Below, piece by piece: positions 63,909-64,000 of a stretch of DNA of 64,000 nt. The position numbers and the translations under genes were made by a program. The notes under the pieces are model-generated. The model was not told the origin of the DNA, searched no databases, and was given only the letters and a program-made list of their open reading frames with translations. The first letter of the stretch is position 1; every line of letters begins with the position of its first letter. The stretch is from Fimbriosthenelais zetlandica (Eukaryota). The DNA is taken from positions 18,972,001 to 19,036,000 of the forward strand of contig OZ365115.1 in NCBI GenBank assembly GCA_977030845.1, in the 5' to 3' direction.

Positions 63909-63920
63909 GTGCAGAGATGG
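63909..63920 (+). CDS. Probable 12-nt microexon (G-A-E-M) of the SR-like gene
   Basis: Acceptor ttttttgtgcttgcag, GT GCA GAG ATG G, donor GTGCGT; phase 1-1; yields DIKYGAEM just before the expected RNP1. Confidence 0.6.
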
Positions 63921-64000
63921 GTGCGTATACCACCATACGTTATGTTAATTATTATGATCCAAGGTTATACCGTAATCGAAATTATATATCTGTAGATATT

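Overview
Intron-rich, AT-rich animal genomic DNA. An invertebrate deuterostome such as an echinoderm is my guess from composition, repeats and vertebrate-like intron positions; this is not proven. (1) 1-21 kb is mostly non-coding, with MITEs, short tandem repeats, promoter-like motif clusters and a few orphan exon-like segments. (2) 22.3-33.4 kb is a minus-strand tandem triplet of DUF229-family type II membrane genes: one intact, one with a single nonsense codon, one frameshifted. (3) 35.9-57.3 kb is a complete plus-strand branched-chain amino-acid aminotransferase gene (BCAT, 402/403 aa) with MITE-laden introns and a 140-N gap. (4) 61.0-62.9 kb is a complete minus-strand ARL1 gene. (5) From 63.2 kb is the 5' end of a divergent SR-type RRM splicing-factor gene with a probable 12-nt microexon. 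The standout is a tandemly duplicated BCAT exon 4 (51466-51579 and 52573-52683; 26/37 aa identical; both phase 0-0 with intact splice sites). These look like mutually exclusive exons that swap an active-site segment, including Tyr versus Phe at the canonical substrate-pocket position (LYEG vs LFEG). Second is a possible single leader/promoter, shared head-to-head with BCAT, feeding alternative DUF229 cassettes whose motifs match the alkaline-phosphatase/NPP catalytic core. No database search or expression data was available; all calls come from manual translation and recalled family motifs.
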